DNA of 64,000 nt from contig OX337228.1 in assembly GCA_946965045.2 (NCBI GenBank), positions 4,402,001 to 4,466,000 of the forward strand, read 5' to 3'. Positions within the stretch are counted from its first letter, which is position 1. Every line of letters starts with the position of its first letter. The translations under genes were made by a program, and so were the position numbers. The notes under the pieces are model-generated. The model was not told the DNA's origin and searched no databases. It was given only the letters and a program-made list of their open reading frames with translations. The stretch is from Epithemia pelagica. Its lineage: Eukaryota > Protista > Bacillariophyta. Shown here piece after piece: positions 53,263 through 64,000 of this stretch.

Positions 53263-54621
53263 ATGAAGTCGGAATCAAGGTCAACAACACCGATGAGGTC
53301 AATAAAGCAGATAATCCCTTTGCTGCTGACCGCAGCTGTGTCCTTGCCGCACGGTTCTTTGGGTTTCCATTATCGGAAAGTCGACCTTTTTGGCACAAGT
53401 TCATCTAGACGGCGACGGGGGAGACTACCCCAAACGTTCCAACAAAAGGCAGCATTCTTCGAAAGCAACAGTCCACTTCTGAATCTTCGAGCAGGATCAT
53501 CATCGAAAGACGAGACGGACGAGGACGAAATTGATGTGGATGGCGACGTGAGCCAAGAAGATACCACAGGAGACCAGGACGACGAAGTCGACGAAAAACC
53601 AGTTGTGGAGATCTCTGATGGGGAAGAATTGGATGAAGAAGAAGATGAAGAGGAGGAAGAATTGGATGAGGAGGAAGATGAAGAAGAAGTAGATGAGGAG
53701 GAGGAGGAGGAGGAAGAAGAAGATGATGAGGACGAAGATGAAGAAGATGAAGATGAAACAGATATCGACACCGTCGATAACAAAATCGACTCCACCATGC
53801 AGAAGTTCGATGAACCACTTTTCCCTTCCCCATTTGCTTCCATCTATGTGACTTTTGGTGTCATGATGATTGCACGAAGAGTTGATCTCAGCAGTCCGCT
53901 CGTTACAAAGCTAGCACGGTACGTAGAATTTACCCCATCCATATGAAATCAATGCGCCGACGTGTCTAACGGTCTATGTTCGGAGATCAGTGTGATATAC
54001 ATCCTGTGCGTCGGTGGATTACAACTGTTCCTCTTGTTTGTTCGTGTTAAAGCAAAGGAGAAGAACGATCGAACGTCCATCACAATCAACAATCCTCTCT
54101 CGACAGCCCTACAGGGTCAACTCGAGGGTCTTGCAGGTGGTGCAGGCTCAATGATGAAGACACTAGCATCATCCTTTCTGTCGTCCACAACTAGTATACT
54201 CGAGTACGATCTAAAGGAAGCTCAGAGCATGCAACGGGGGCTGTTGTTCAACATGGCTTTTCTTTGGTTTGTTCATTTTAAATTGAAACAGGTACAGCCG
54301 CTCATGATCCAAACAGCTTCAGGTTTACTCAACCTCTTTTACAGTCCATTGTTTCAAATTTATGTACTTGGCCGAAATTTGGAACGCCCGTTCAAAACTG
54401 CAACATCTTCATTCGCGAAGCTACAAGAGGAAGCACAAGCCAAAGAAGAAGACCCCTCTGTGGAGCAAATATCTGTGGAGGAGGAGCAGCATGTTGGGAA
54501 AACACAAAACTCGATAAACGACGAAACTGAGGACAGTGAAGGCGATGAAGATGATCAATCAGATGATGCCGATGATAATGAGACAGCAAGTGACGATGAC
54601 CAGGACGCAGACGAAGACTAG
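53263..54621 (+). CDS. Pho88/SND3-family membrane protein with a signal peptide and long acidic tract, 2 exons
   Basis: LFNMAFLWFVHFKLKQVQPLMIQ...SPLFQIYVLGRNLERPF resembles Pho88. The two ORFs are separated by a GTACGT-starting intron near 53918. Confidence 0.7.
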
Positions 54622-54630
54622 AATATGTTG

Positions 54631-55602
54631 TTATACTACCCCAGCGTCTTGAAGAGCTCGCAGGACATCAGCGTGGACTAATCCATTGCTTGCACACATC
54701 TTTCTCGTTCGCAATGTGTAGTCATTCCCTTCTAGATCGGTGAAGCGCCCACCGGCTTCTGTCACAAGAAGGGCCCCAGCAGAAATATCCCAACTGCTCA
54801 AATCATACTCCCAATAACAAGTCAACCGTCCATTAGCCACCCACGCCAGCATGATCGCTGCACTTCCAAGCATTCGAATCGTTCGTGCTTGTGGCATCAA
54901 TACCTTTATCCCACGTAGTGACATCTCCATGCTCTCCTGGCCAGGGGGAGAACCCATGGCCACAATGGCATCTCCAATAGAAGACTGAGATCCCACTTTG
55001 ATTGGTTGACCATTCATAAAAGCTCCTTTCCCTTTGACAGCGGTAAACATTTCATCCCTATGGCAGTCATAAATAACACCGACCATCACCTCTTCTTGAT
55101 ATGTTGCAGCTACGCTTGGCATGCAGAGAGGCATTCCGTGAACAAAGTTTGTAGTTCCATCGATAGGGTCGACGATCCATAGCCAATTGTCGCTTCGAGC
55201 AAGCTTGGAATCTAGCGCTTCTGCACTCGCTTCTTTTCCTGGCAAAACCCCTTCTTCTCCAAGAAAGTCATGTTCTGGAAAAGTCTCCGCGATTGATTCT
55301 TTGATGGCTTTTTCGCACAATGGATCGATCAGGGTTAGGAGATCACGACTGTTTGCCTTGCGATTTGTCACTTCAGCACCACCAGCGTTTCCCAAGATGA
55401 TTTCACCGGCATTTCGTGACGCTTTAATTGCAACGTCAAGGATTTCCTCGAGAAGTTCATTTGATGGAACAGCTTTTGTCGTCCTTGAAATCATCTGTGA
55501 ACTCCTCCTATCTCTGCAAGGTTGATGGCTTGTTAAAGCAAATGGCTTACTGTTCGAGAGTAACAAGAAAAATGGTAATATGTTTCGCCTGATCGACAAC
55601 AT
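54631..55602 (-). CDS. Inositol monophosphatase family protein (IMPL1-like), likely plastid-targeted
   Basis: [27 protein letters not shown] and [15 protein letters not shown]; signal-like N-terminus from ATG 55602. Confidence 0.92.
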   Translation of the reverse strand: MLSIRRNILPFFLLLSNSKPFALTSHQPCRDRRSSQMISRTTKAVPSNELLEEILDVAIKASRNAGEIILGNAGGAEVTNRKANSRDLLTLIDPLCEKAIKESIAETFPEHDFLGEEGVLPGKEASAEALDSKLARSDNWLWIVDPIDGTTNFVHGMPLCMPSVAATYQEEVMVGVIYDCHRDEMFTAVKGKGAFMNGQPIKVGSQSSIGDAIVAMGSPPGQESMEMSLRGIKVLMPQARTIRMLGSAAIMLAWVANGRLTCYWEYDLSSWDISAGALLVTEAGGRFTDLEGNDYTLRTRKMCASNGLVHADVLRALQDAGVV

Positions 55603-55865
55603 TTTGACTTTCTGAGAATTCTGAATTGTGACAGGATTATCAGTTTCGTTCGATGCGGCGAGGGGTGAGGAGGGAGGAGGGCCCAAAATCGAGGGCCGCC
55701 CGGCTTGATGTGTATCCTATGAAATATTCCTATGTGACACCGACAAACAAACTCCTACTGTATATCCATAGCGCATGCCGGTCTTTCTTGTTCGCCTGTC
55801 CTCCAAAGTCTCGAGCGCAGCCCCACACATTTCGAGAGGTGCCGGTGTCATGAAACAAGTCGACC

Positions 55866-58045
55866 ATGAGGACTCGAAGTAATTCCAGCCGTTTGAAATC
55901 ACCAAACAGAGATCGACGGAAAACATTGGGTCCAGTTCCAACCTCTTCTGCTAAGAATCGTATAGATGTCGTTGATGTCCCTGTGGATAGGTCGAACAAA
56001 CCCAGAGCATCGAGAGCATCGATGCTGCCTCGTGTCGGTCGTGAGAATGCCGTCAACGTCAACAGTCCTGGTGGGCCTTCTGTGATGCATGCTTCAAAGG
56101 AGTCGACTCGGAGGGAAAGTTTAGGAGGAGTGCCCAAAGCATCGAGAGCGTCGATGATGCCTCGTGGCGCTCGTGAGAATGCCTTCGAGAGTCCCACTCG
56201 AGCATCAGTGATCAAATCTACAACAGAGTCGAGCCGGAGGAAAAGTTTAGGAGGATCAAGCGTTCGTAACAAGCAACGGCGCCAGACAATTGCACCTCAA
56301 GCAACATCATACGTAGTGCCTAGAGACCCACGCAACATCCATGACAAAGGGTTTCAACAACACAGCATGAAGAGGCTACTTAACTGGTTGACGGCCAAGG
56401 GCTACGATCATCCAATTTCATTGAAAACCCTCAAACTGCCTTCCGGCAAGGACTTTTCAACAATTCTAACATTCATGATGCGTCGTCTTGACCCTGAGTT
56501 TCAGAAAGGTGATATGAAGTTTGAGGACGAGGTAGCAGCATCGCTTAAGTTCATGAGCTATCCTTTCCCAGTATCCAAAACAGCTTTGGTATCTGCCGGT
56601 TCACCCCACACATGGCCAAACTTACTTGCACTCCTGACATGGTTGATGGACCAGCTTGAAGCAATCGAGTCAGAACGATTTGAGGATGAAACAACAAACG
56701 AAGAAGAAACAACGGTTTACGAGACTGTCGACGAACTTGAGAACAAAAGCGACAAGGCCTTTTTCAAGTTCCTAGCTGGATCTTATACAGCGTTCATCAA
56801 TTGTGATGATGCCGCTCTAGAAGAGGTGGAAGGTCTTTTTGCTGAAAGATGTGAACGAGATAATGCATTCCTAGCTCAAGAAGTGGAACGCCTCACTGAC
56901 GTGAATGCTACAATTTTGGAGCAAATTGATGCGGGAAGTGATCAATCAGAAGAGTAAGTTATGGGAACGTGAAGGTGAAATGTAACTGAGAGTTCAAAGA
57001 ATTCTAATCAAAAGGAATACCTCATTTTGCTTCCAGGATTCAAGTTCTAGTGAAGAAACGTGAAGACTACGCGTCAGATCTGGAACAATTCCAAGATCTT
57101 ATCAAGCAAATGCAAGAAAACAAACTTGCATTTGTGAACAAGATAGAGGAACGGCAAAAGAGTCTAGATGCTGCAAACTCAAGAATCGAGAGGCTCAGCA
57201 ATACCATTGATGAACTGGAACGTAGAATTGCCGAGCAAGAACTTTCTCTTGAGGACGCTAAGAAGCTCGAAGTTGAACGGAAAAGTCACGCAGAAGCGCG
57301 AGAACGTGTGTTGAATAAGAGGAAGGAGCTTAGAACTGAATTGAGTAGGCACGAGTCGGATGTCGCCGCATTGATCGACACAGTAGACGATGCGGTATCA
57401 CGATACAATGCAAAAATATCGGACATGTCGGTGGTACCCCTGGTTGGTCATATTTATGGAGCTCTAAAGGCCGAACTGCACAAGGATAATCTTCTACAGG
57501 CCGACCAATCCAGCATGGTTGGAGTTGATCTCTGCGGTGAAGTCCAAGAAACAGTCCAAAGCCATCAACCTGAAGTGGACAGGCGAACTAAGGAAAAGGC
57601 AAGGACTTATCAGGACTCGCTTGATGATCTACAAAATCTGGACAACGTCAAAAAGGAGGCCATGGTTAAGCTGAATATTCTTGAAAGGGAGTTGACGAAA
57701 CTCAATGATACTTTACAGCAAGAGCAGGTCGCTCATGAAGCCAAAGTCACTGTTCGACAGAGGGAGGTCGACGCCATGAAAGACAAGGTCGGTTCGCTTC
57801 GAGATCCCGTTGCTCTTGAGGAACAAATGGCATCGTTTGAGCTACAATGTGCTGAGTTGGAAGCCCTTCAAGTTAGACACAAAGAAGAAAATATAAACCA
57901 AAAGCAGAACGTTCTGAAAGCCATTTCGGACGCATGCAGCCTCATGGAGGAACACGACGTCTTCGTGAGGCGCATATCAGCTGAAGTAAAGGATTACTGG
58001 GCCCAGAAGAAAGCGTCCCTTCGTGAAGTAACCGCCAGAGACTGA
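55866..58045 (+). CDS. NDC80: Kinetochore protein NDC80/HEC1, 2 exons (intron about 56955-57038)
   Basis: DPRNIHDKGFQ...PSGKDFSTIL...YPFPVSKTALVSAGSPHTWPNLLALLTWL, followed by a long coiled coil. Confidence 0.93.
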
Positions 58046-58336
58046 TCTGGTATCTTGCCGTGAGACCTGAATCACTGTGTAGACAAACATATCTGCTTTT
58101 CTAGTTTTCTACTTTCAATATTGACCAAGAATGCTGTTCGGCGTTGATTCTTTTCCTTTCAACTTTCAACATCCTTCTCTACTAGACTACTCCTAGGAAC
58201 TCTAGGGGTAGAAAGAGAACTTCTTACCGAGTCCCAAACGACTCATATGATGTGACTCACGCAAGATATCTGCGACTGTGATAAGTTGTGAGAACACTTT
58301 TTAGTGAGATCTATTGAAATCAAGGCGGTAAGAGAA

Positions 58337-59233
58337 ATGGTGCCATTGAGGTTTCATCCCTCAGGTGGTGTTCATCGTCCTTTGGTGATTCTTTTTGGAT
58401 GGCTCGGATCCAAGACACAAAGTTATCGTCGATATCAAGGGGCGTATGCAGATTTGGGATGCGATGTATGGTGTCGGATTGCAACTCCGTTGATGGTTGT
58501 TGAGTCAACCTACAAACAGGTTCCATTGACAGTTCCTCGCATGTGGCCTCATCACGAATCGTCAAGTTCAGAAACCACAATGGAGGGCTTAGCATGGAGC
58601 ATTTTGGCAGAAATTGATGCATCGACGCATCCAATGGTTTTATTTCATGTTTTCTCCAATGGTGGTTGCTTCCTTTGGGACAAGATCAGATCAATTTTTC
58701 GTCTTGCCGATGGAGAACGCGAGAGTCATTCGCAAATGCCCCATACACCACAGCCAGTTAAACGGGGACTAGAAGTCCTGCGTGATCGGATCATTGGGGT
58801 GGTCTTTGACTCTTGTCCAGGCAGTGATTTGCATCGACTACCAGATGCTCTGAAACACTGCACTTTCGCGGAACAACTGAAAGTAATGTTTTCATCACGA
58901 TATGCATTTTTTCATCTCGCATCGACCCAAATAGAAGTGGAAAGTAGGGCTAAGGAATACATGAACTCACTTACTGAGGATTCGTGGCATCTTCCTCAGC
59001 TTTACCTTTACAGCGAGGACGACGCCTTGGCTCCTTCTCAGTCTCTCGACGTGCTCGTTAATATACGGAAGAAGAAGCATGGTTCCGATATCATATGGCA
59101 TAAGACATGGAAGGAATCGAAGCATTGCTCTCATTTCTATTATCATCCAGAAGACTATCGCGAAATTATATCTTCGTTTATGAAAGTCTGCACCCAGCAT
59201 TCTCTGACAAGGCACCAACGTTCTCGTCTATAA
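58337..59233 (+). CDS. TMEM53/DUF829 alpha-beta hydrolase-like protein
   Basis: PLVILFGWLG, FHVFSNGG, VVFDSCPG, PQLYLYSEDD, and HCSH...HPEDY. Confidence 0.88.
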   Translation: MVPLRFHPSGGVHRPLVILFGWLGSKTQSYRRYQGAYADLGCDVWCRIATPLMVVESTYKQVPLTVPRMWPHHESSSSETTMEGLAWSILAEIDASTHPMVLFHVFSNGGCFLWDKIRSIFRLADGERESHSQMPHTPQPVKRGLEVLRDRIIGVVFDSCPGSDLHRLPDALKHCTFAEQLKVMFSSRYAFFHLASTQIEVESRAKEYMNSLTEDSWHLPQLYLYSEDDALAPSQSLDVLVNIRKKKHGSDIIWHKTWKESKHCSHFYYHPEDYREIISSFMKVCTQHSLTRHQRSRL

Positions 59234-61588
59234 ATGCGCATCCTTCAACATGGATGTGACTTCCACATATATTCCATCATCTTCGTCGTTGACGCTCCCT
59301 ATACTCGCGATAACTTGTCGTGACGGTGATTTGTCTTCAGAGGTGACTTCGACTTCGTTGTCCAGGATCGATAAATGGGGACACCCAGCTCGTGTCCTAC
59401 AGATCGGACAAACCATAATGTCATGCCGTACAATCTCACCGCTGTGAGGTTGCATTCTGGCCCCGTGAGCTGGGTGATTTGGATCGATACGTCTTGGCTT
59501 TGCACATGGCATACAGTAGTTAAATGTCGACTGTCGACGAGGGACTCCGTAAAGTTGCCATTTCAAGTCACCCAACTCGACAACATCTTGCGCAGCCGCT
59601 TCAGGATCAATAGTGTCATAGTTCGACGATTTATCTCCCCTGCGAGATCTTGGCTTGTCTTCATGAGTTTCTTTCCACAGTTGATGAATCAATGCAACGA
59701 TAAATTGTCCATTGTTTTCGTAGGACAAAAGACCCAGCCATTGTAGGACTGAAATTAAATGCTTTCGACTGATTCTTATTTGATCACTTGATTTCGTCAT
59801 CGGTTTGGGTAGATTCATGCGACGGCTATCAGAGAACGTGAGAGCTGAAGGAGACGATCCGAGCAATGCAAGAGCGAGCAATCCACGATATACTGCTCGA
59901 TCGGAAGGAAGCGATGCAGGGACAGGTCGTCTTGTCACAAGACCTTCCTTCAGACGCTCTTTCATGTCCAAAAGTTGCTTTGCTCCTTCTTCAGGCGACA
60001 GGTTTCCACGTTCTAGATCGCGTATAATCTGGTCTAAATCCGCTGAGTAGACAGTCGTGAACACGGGTCGAGCCAAGTCAGTAGCATCCAAAGTCCACTG
60101 TTCATCGGTTGAGGTGCTTCGAGAATAGTAATCCAACCTTGTATTCAACGAGTCGCTATTGCCATTGCTGTATCCATTTTTGTAATACGACGAAGATTGC
60201 CGAGATGGAACCTTGTTCCGAGCAAAGTGCTTGTGCCAAAAGTTAATGGCTTGAATGATAATCTCCCCACGACGCTTCATATTTCGAAAGTAAGGGTTGA
60301 TAGACAGTTCCATTCGAATAGGAGACGGCATGGCAGTAATCAACTTGCCACTGCTGTGAGGAAGAGACCGACGGTGCATAGCCACATACATATGTGAAAC
60401 AGTCTCAAAGAACACATTTGGGGTGAAGTTTTTCCAACGGCAGTTTTCCGATGCGTTCCCAACGGCAAACTGTCTTGAGAGCAGTTCTTGCGTATACTCG
60501 TGACCAGGCATGATGAACATTTTTTCTGGCATGTCGTCCGAGTAAAACTGTGACTTTAGACATCGTGCCAATACCTCTGCAAAGCACCGTTCGATCGCAT
60601 AAAGCGATGCGCTCGCTTTGACTATGCTCGTAAAAGTTTTCTTTTGCTCTTGCTGTTCTTGTCCAGGATCAATGTCGGCTTCGAATGGAACACCACCACC
60701 AGCTGAGAAAATTGTATCGCCCGTAAACAAAAACCCCACTGGCGATGACCTGGTGCAGAATTCTGGGTTCACGCGCAAGGCGTACGTGATGGACCCTCTC
60801 GTGTGGGCGGGGGTCGCGATTGCCTCGACTTCAATAAAATCTGCCATTTTGTTGGATCCAGAATACGGCAATGGTACAATATCTCCATCCGCAACTTTGT
60901 AGTTGCAGCATGGCACATTTTCCACGGCACCCCCGACAACAAGTTTGAATGATTCCTGGTTGGCCCGGTGTCGACGAAAGGAATTATTGCCAGCCGTATG
61001 GTCATGGTGCTTGTGGGTAGATAATATGGATTGAACATGGATCTTTTCATTCTGGTAGTGCATTTCGCTAATAATGTCGAGCTGCTCCATGACGGCGTCG
61101 GAATCTCCACAATCGACAAGAAATGCAATGATTTGTGGAGGTGTATGCGAAGGCACAATGGTCGAATTGATGACCGTTACTTCCATCTCGTCGGGGCAAC
61201 ACACGACCAGATAACCAAGATTGTCAATAAGCTGGGGTAAAGGATGGATAAAGAGTCGATCAGGAATAACTTCAATTCTGGTTTCCACCGAGCGAGAATG
61301 AAAGCCTCGATTCTTGTCGGATGCCTTGGTTCCCTTAATGCCACTCTTCTGGATCATGCGACAGATCATCAAATGAACCGTTCGACCAAATCCAAAGGGA
61401 TAAAAGAATTCAATGATGAACTGCGTCCTGTTGAGAAGGGGACTGAGGAAGTACCCCAGCATAAAAATGGGAAACTTCCAAATGAAGGCGATGATCCACA
61501 ACATGCTGACAAGCAGCACACCTAGGAAGGTCAGAGGTGCCATTATGCACGGGCTGTGGCGAAACTCTCGAAAAAGGGAGGAAAACAT
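59228..61588 (-). CDS. Hydroxyacylglutathione-hydrolase-like metallo-beta-lactamase (PNKD-like) with N-terminal TM segments and a long C-terminal extension
   Basis: DNLGYLVV, LVDCGD, THKHHDHTAGN, TPAHTRGS, LFTGDTIFSAGGG and PGHEYT. Start uncertain; the open frame extends to 61858. Confidence 0.8.
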   Translation of the reverse strand: MFSSLFREFRHSPCIMAPLTFLGVLLVSMLWIIAFIWKFPIFMLGYFLSPLLNRTQFIIEFFYPFGFGRTVHLMICRMIQKSGIKGTKASDKNRGFHSRSVETRIEVIPDRLFIHPLPQLIDNLGYLVVCCPDEMEVTVINSTIVPSHTPPQIIAFLVDCGDSDAVMEQLDIISEMHYQNEKIHVQSILSTHKHHDHTAGNNSFRRHRANQESFKLVVGGAVENVPCCNYKVADGDIVPLPYSGSNKMADFIEVEAIATPAHTRGSITYALRVNPEFCTRSSPVGFLFTGDTIFSAGGGVPFEADIDPGQEQQEQKKTFTSIVKASASLYAIERCFAEVLARCLKSQFYSDDMPEKMFIMPGHEYTQELLSRQFAVGNASENCRWKNFTPNVFFETVSHMYVAMHRRSLPHSSGKLITAMPSPIRMELSINPYFRNMKRRGEIIIQAINFWHKHFARNKVPSRQSSSYYKNGYSNGNSDSLNTRLDYYSRSTSTDEQWTLDATDLARPVFTTVYSADLDQIIRDLERGNLSPEEGAKQLLDMKERLKEGLVTRRPVPASLPSDRAVYRGLLALALLGSSPSALTFSDSRRMNLPKPMTKSSDQIRISRKHLISVLQWLGLLSYENNGQFIVALIHQLWKETHEDKPRSRRGDKSSNYDTIDPEAAAQDVVELGDLKWQLYGVPRRQSTFNYCMPCAKPRRIDPNHPAHGARMQPHSGEIVRHDIMVCPICRTRAGCPHLSILDNEVEVTSEDKSPSRQVIASIGSVNDEDDGIYVEVTSMLKDAHL

Positions 61589-62304
61589 TGTCAAATCGAG
61601 TCTCTTTTTCACAAATCGACGTGGCGGATGTAATAGTGGCAGAAGCACAGAGGTGTGATCCTCGCTGGAGTCGTCAGAATTCAGGTTATTCTGAATGTCC
61701 ACGACGGAAGGTCGACACGGCAAGAATGGCTTTGCAGACCTCCTGAATGATAGAGTACATGTATCGATGACGCGTTCAACGGACCCCAGTGTGCCAAGAA
61801 AAGGATAGTGGGTCAAGTAATACAGATCCAAATCCGAGTAGGACTTTTCAAAGGACACTCAAGCAGTTGATTCTCTTCGTCCACACTTTTTCAATCGGTG
61901 CGTGATTGCAGAAAAGAGGATCTCATGCCCAACACCTCCAAAATATTCTCGTTTGGAGGCCCCGGCTTTCTCGTTCCAAAGAGCCCGGAAGCATTTACCT
62001 AGGAGATGGGGTGGCCGACGCTGCGCGATAGCCTGAATCCATAAGAGCAAGAGGGAATGCAATGCGTCGTATAGCGCCAGCCAACTCCGGATATGTGTCC
62101 GTTGAGCAGTTCTTTCATTGTATCAGATTATTGGTCCCGTCAGTGGCATGACCAAACAGGACCAAATCTTCAGCGCTTACGTGCGACTGACGAACTTGTG
62201 CGACAGAGGCGGAAAGGTTACTCTTCGTCCATGAGAAATGAGAGAAATCTATGGCTACACCTTATACAATAGCGGCATCCTAACAAGGAGAGGAAACAAA
62301 AACC

Positions 62305-64000
62305 ATGGGCAATGAAACTGAAGTTCATAGCGACACAGAGATGTTGCTGGATCCTTCGCTCCTCGGAGGTTTGACTGAGGATCAGAAGAAGGAAGCCTTA
62401 GCTGCGGCGGCTGCTGCGAAGCGTGCCGAGGAACGGGCGGAACAACGTGCCATTGAGAGGGCACTGAAACAAAAGGAAAAGGAGCGAAAGCAGCACAAGG
62501 ATGCGGAAGCGATTCCTGGAAAGGACATGTCACGTACAGCAGGTCAAGAACAGTCGAATTCAGGTCGCCTCGTGTACGTCCCTAAACGGAAGCGCAGCCA
62601 GCAGCAACCGGATGATAGGGCACCAAACAGGATGGCATCATCCGGTAAAACGACTCTTCTAACACAACCACAACATAGTCAAGAGCACACAATGTCAGGA
62701 CCTCGTCATACTAAATTAAGTGGGGAAGAAATGAAGCTTGCTAGTGGGTCAAGATCACACTTCGATGTCCAAGACTCCTGGCTGTCAGGTAAGGAGCTCT
62801 CATCAGTGAAGGAGTCTTATTTGGGAAAATCGGCTTCGGAAAAAGAAGAAGAGGCTGCGGCCAAACGGAAAAAGCAGCGATCATCAAAGAAAATCACGTT
62901 TAAATTTCGTTGGGAAGATGAAGAAGATACGTTTGACGATAACGATCCCCTTTACAACAACACGTCATTAGCGGCGCCTCCAATGTCCTCATCCAACCAA
63001 CATCGTCCTGGTTCGCACAAACGAGACCGCAACAATCGATGGAAAGATACATTGGCTTTGCGCGATAATCACCATTCACAGCATAATAGTTCTGTTCAAA
63101 CCAAGCCTCTTGCGAAAATGACACCACGAGATTGGCGGATTGTCCGTGAGAATTACGAGATCACGGTGAGAGGAGGAAAGGCACCACCTCCCTTGCGGTC
63201 CTTTCGCGAAAATCCATGTCCTGGCGTGATACCAGATCTCCACCCTAAGTTACTCGATGCCGTGGAAAATGTGTTGAGATTCAAAGATCCTTCTCCCATC
63301 CAACGTCAAGCAATCCCAATCGGGCTGCAACGTCGTGATTTGATTGGAATTGCGGAGACTGGGAGTGGTAAAACAGTCGCCTTTGGAGTGCCACTGTGCC
63401 AGTACTTAATCAACCTCCCGGACCATGTTATACAGAGCGTGGCGGCAGAGGGCCCTCTTGGACTGGTCATGGCCCCAACACGCGAACTAGCATTGCAGAT
63501 TGATCGAGAACTTCAGAAGCTGCTGAGTTGCCAACGACTTGTGAAGACTGGAGCTGTTGTTGGTGGACAAGATATTCAACTTCAAGCACAAATGATAAGG
63601 CGAGGTATCCATATTATTGTGGGTACTCCTGGGCGTCTAAATGAATGTATCGAAATGAGTTATCTCGTTCTCAACCAATGTTGTTACCTTGTTCTCGACG
63701 AAGCTGATCGAATGATTGATATGGGATTTGCTCCGCAAATTGAGTCCATCATGGAAGCGATGGGAGGCACGTTGAAATCGGAGCGTGAAGACGAGGCATA
63801 CCAACAAGAACAAGATGACTTGGTAAAAGCTCATGTCGCGCGACATCGACTTACAGCCATGTTCAGTGCGACGATGCCCACGGAAGTCGAGCGGTTGGCC
63901 AAACAGTACTTGCGTCACCCGGCTGTGGTGAGCGTCGGGGATGAAGACTCGGTCAAAAATTCTAGGATTACACAACGTGTCATTTTTGTTGCGTCGCCGG
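62305..64000 (+). CDS. PRP28: DEAD-box splicing helicase PRP28/DDX23, 3' truncated by the window end
   Basis: Frame open from ATG 62305: FKFRWEDEEDT, MTPRDWRIVRENYEI, PSPIQRQAIPIG, GIAETGSGKT, APTRELA, VLDEADRMIDMGF and MFSATMP. Confidence 0.93.
   Translation, partial: MGNETEVHSDTEMLLDPSLLGGLTEDQKKEALAAAAAAKRAEERAEQRAIERALKQKEKERKQHKDAEAIPGKDMSRTAGQEQSNSGRLVYVPKRKRSQQQPDDRAPNRMASSGKTTLLTQPQHSQEHTMSGPRHTKLSGEEMKLASGSRSHFDVQDSWLSGKELSSVKESYLGKSASEKEEEAAAKRKKQRSSKKITFKFRWEDEEDTFDDNDPLYNNTSLAAPPMSSSNQHRPGSHKRDRNNRWKDTLALRDNHHSQHNSSVQTKPLAKMTPRDWRIVRENYEITVRGGKAPPPLRSFRENPCPGVIPDLHPKLLDAVENVLRFKDPSPIQRQAIPIGLQRRDLIGIAETGSGKTVAFGVPLCQYLINLPDHVIQSVAAEGPLGLVMAPTRELALQIDRELQKLLSCQRLVKTGAVVGGQDIQLQAQMIRRGIHIIVGTPGRLNECIEMSYLVLNQCCYLVLDEADRMIDMGFAPQIESIMEAMGGTLKSEREDEAYQQEQDDLVKAHVARHRLTAMFSATMPTEVERLAKQYLRHPAVVSVGDEDSVKNSRITQRVIFVASP

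Noticed and set aside
53370-53843. Poly-Ser and His/Leu/Pro-rich ORFs on the minus strand
   Set aside because: Antisense shadows of the GAR/GAY-rich acidic tract in the plus-strand Pho88-like gene.
119-63975. Numerous 60-180 aa alternative-frame and antisense ORFs in the supplied track
   Set aside because: They overlap well-supported genes, lack recognisable motifs and are expected by chance at this GC content.

Overview
Gene-dense eukaryotic nuclear DNA, most likely from a diatom: short GT-AG introns, bipartite plastid-targeting presequences, a class-29 myosin and a CoDi-type Copia element point that way. It holds about 28 host genes, including CLPTM1, OS9/ERLEC1-like, UBLCP1, TAP42, RAD23, chorismate synthase, ATG12, GNL3, NDC80 and a partial PRP28. 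Two apparently intact mobile elements sit in divergent intergenic regions. (1) A 7,074-bp hAT DNA transposon (9260-16333) has 16-bp TIRs CAGGGTCTGGAA[G/T]TCA and a perfect 8-bp TSD TTCCAAGT. Besides its transposase it carries a convergently oriented second gene: an Endonuclease III/NTH1-like HhH-GPD DNA glycosylase. This protein keeps the catalytic Lys and Asp, lacks the 4Fe-4S motif and has an unknown duplicated N-terminal domain. This transposon-borne base-excision enzyme is the leading candidate for an undescribed system. (2) A 6,270-bp Ty1/Copia element (26850-33119) has identical 111-bp LTRs with non-canonical CA...TG ends, a 4-bp TSD, an in-frame TGA between gag and pol, and a chromodomain-like integrase tail. 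A TAGGAGTA/TACTCCTA motif recurs in intergenic islands, including around both insertion sites. All calls come from reading the sequence by eye; no database searches were run.
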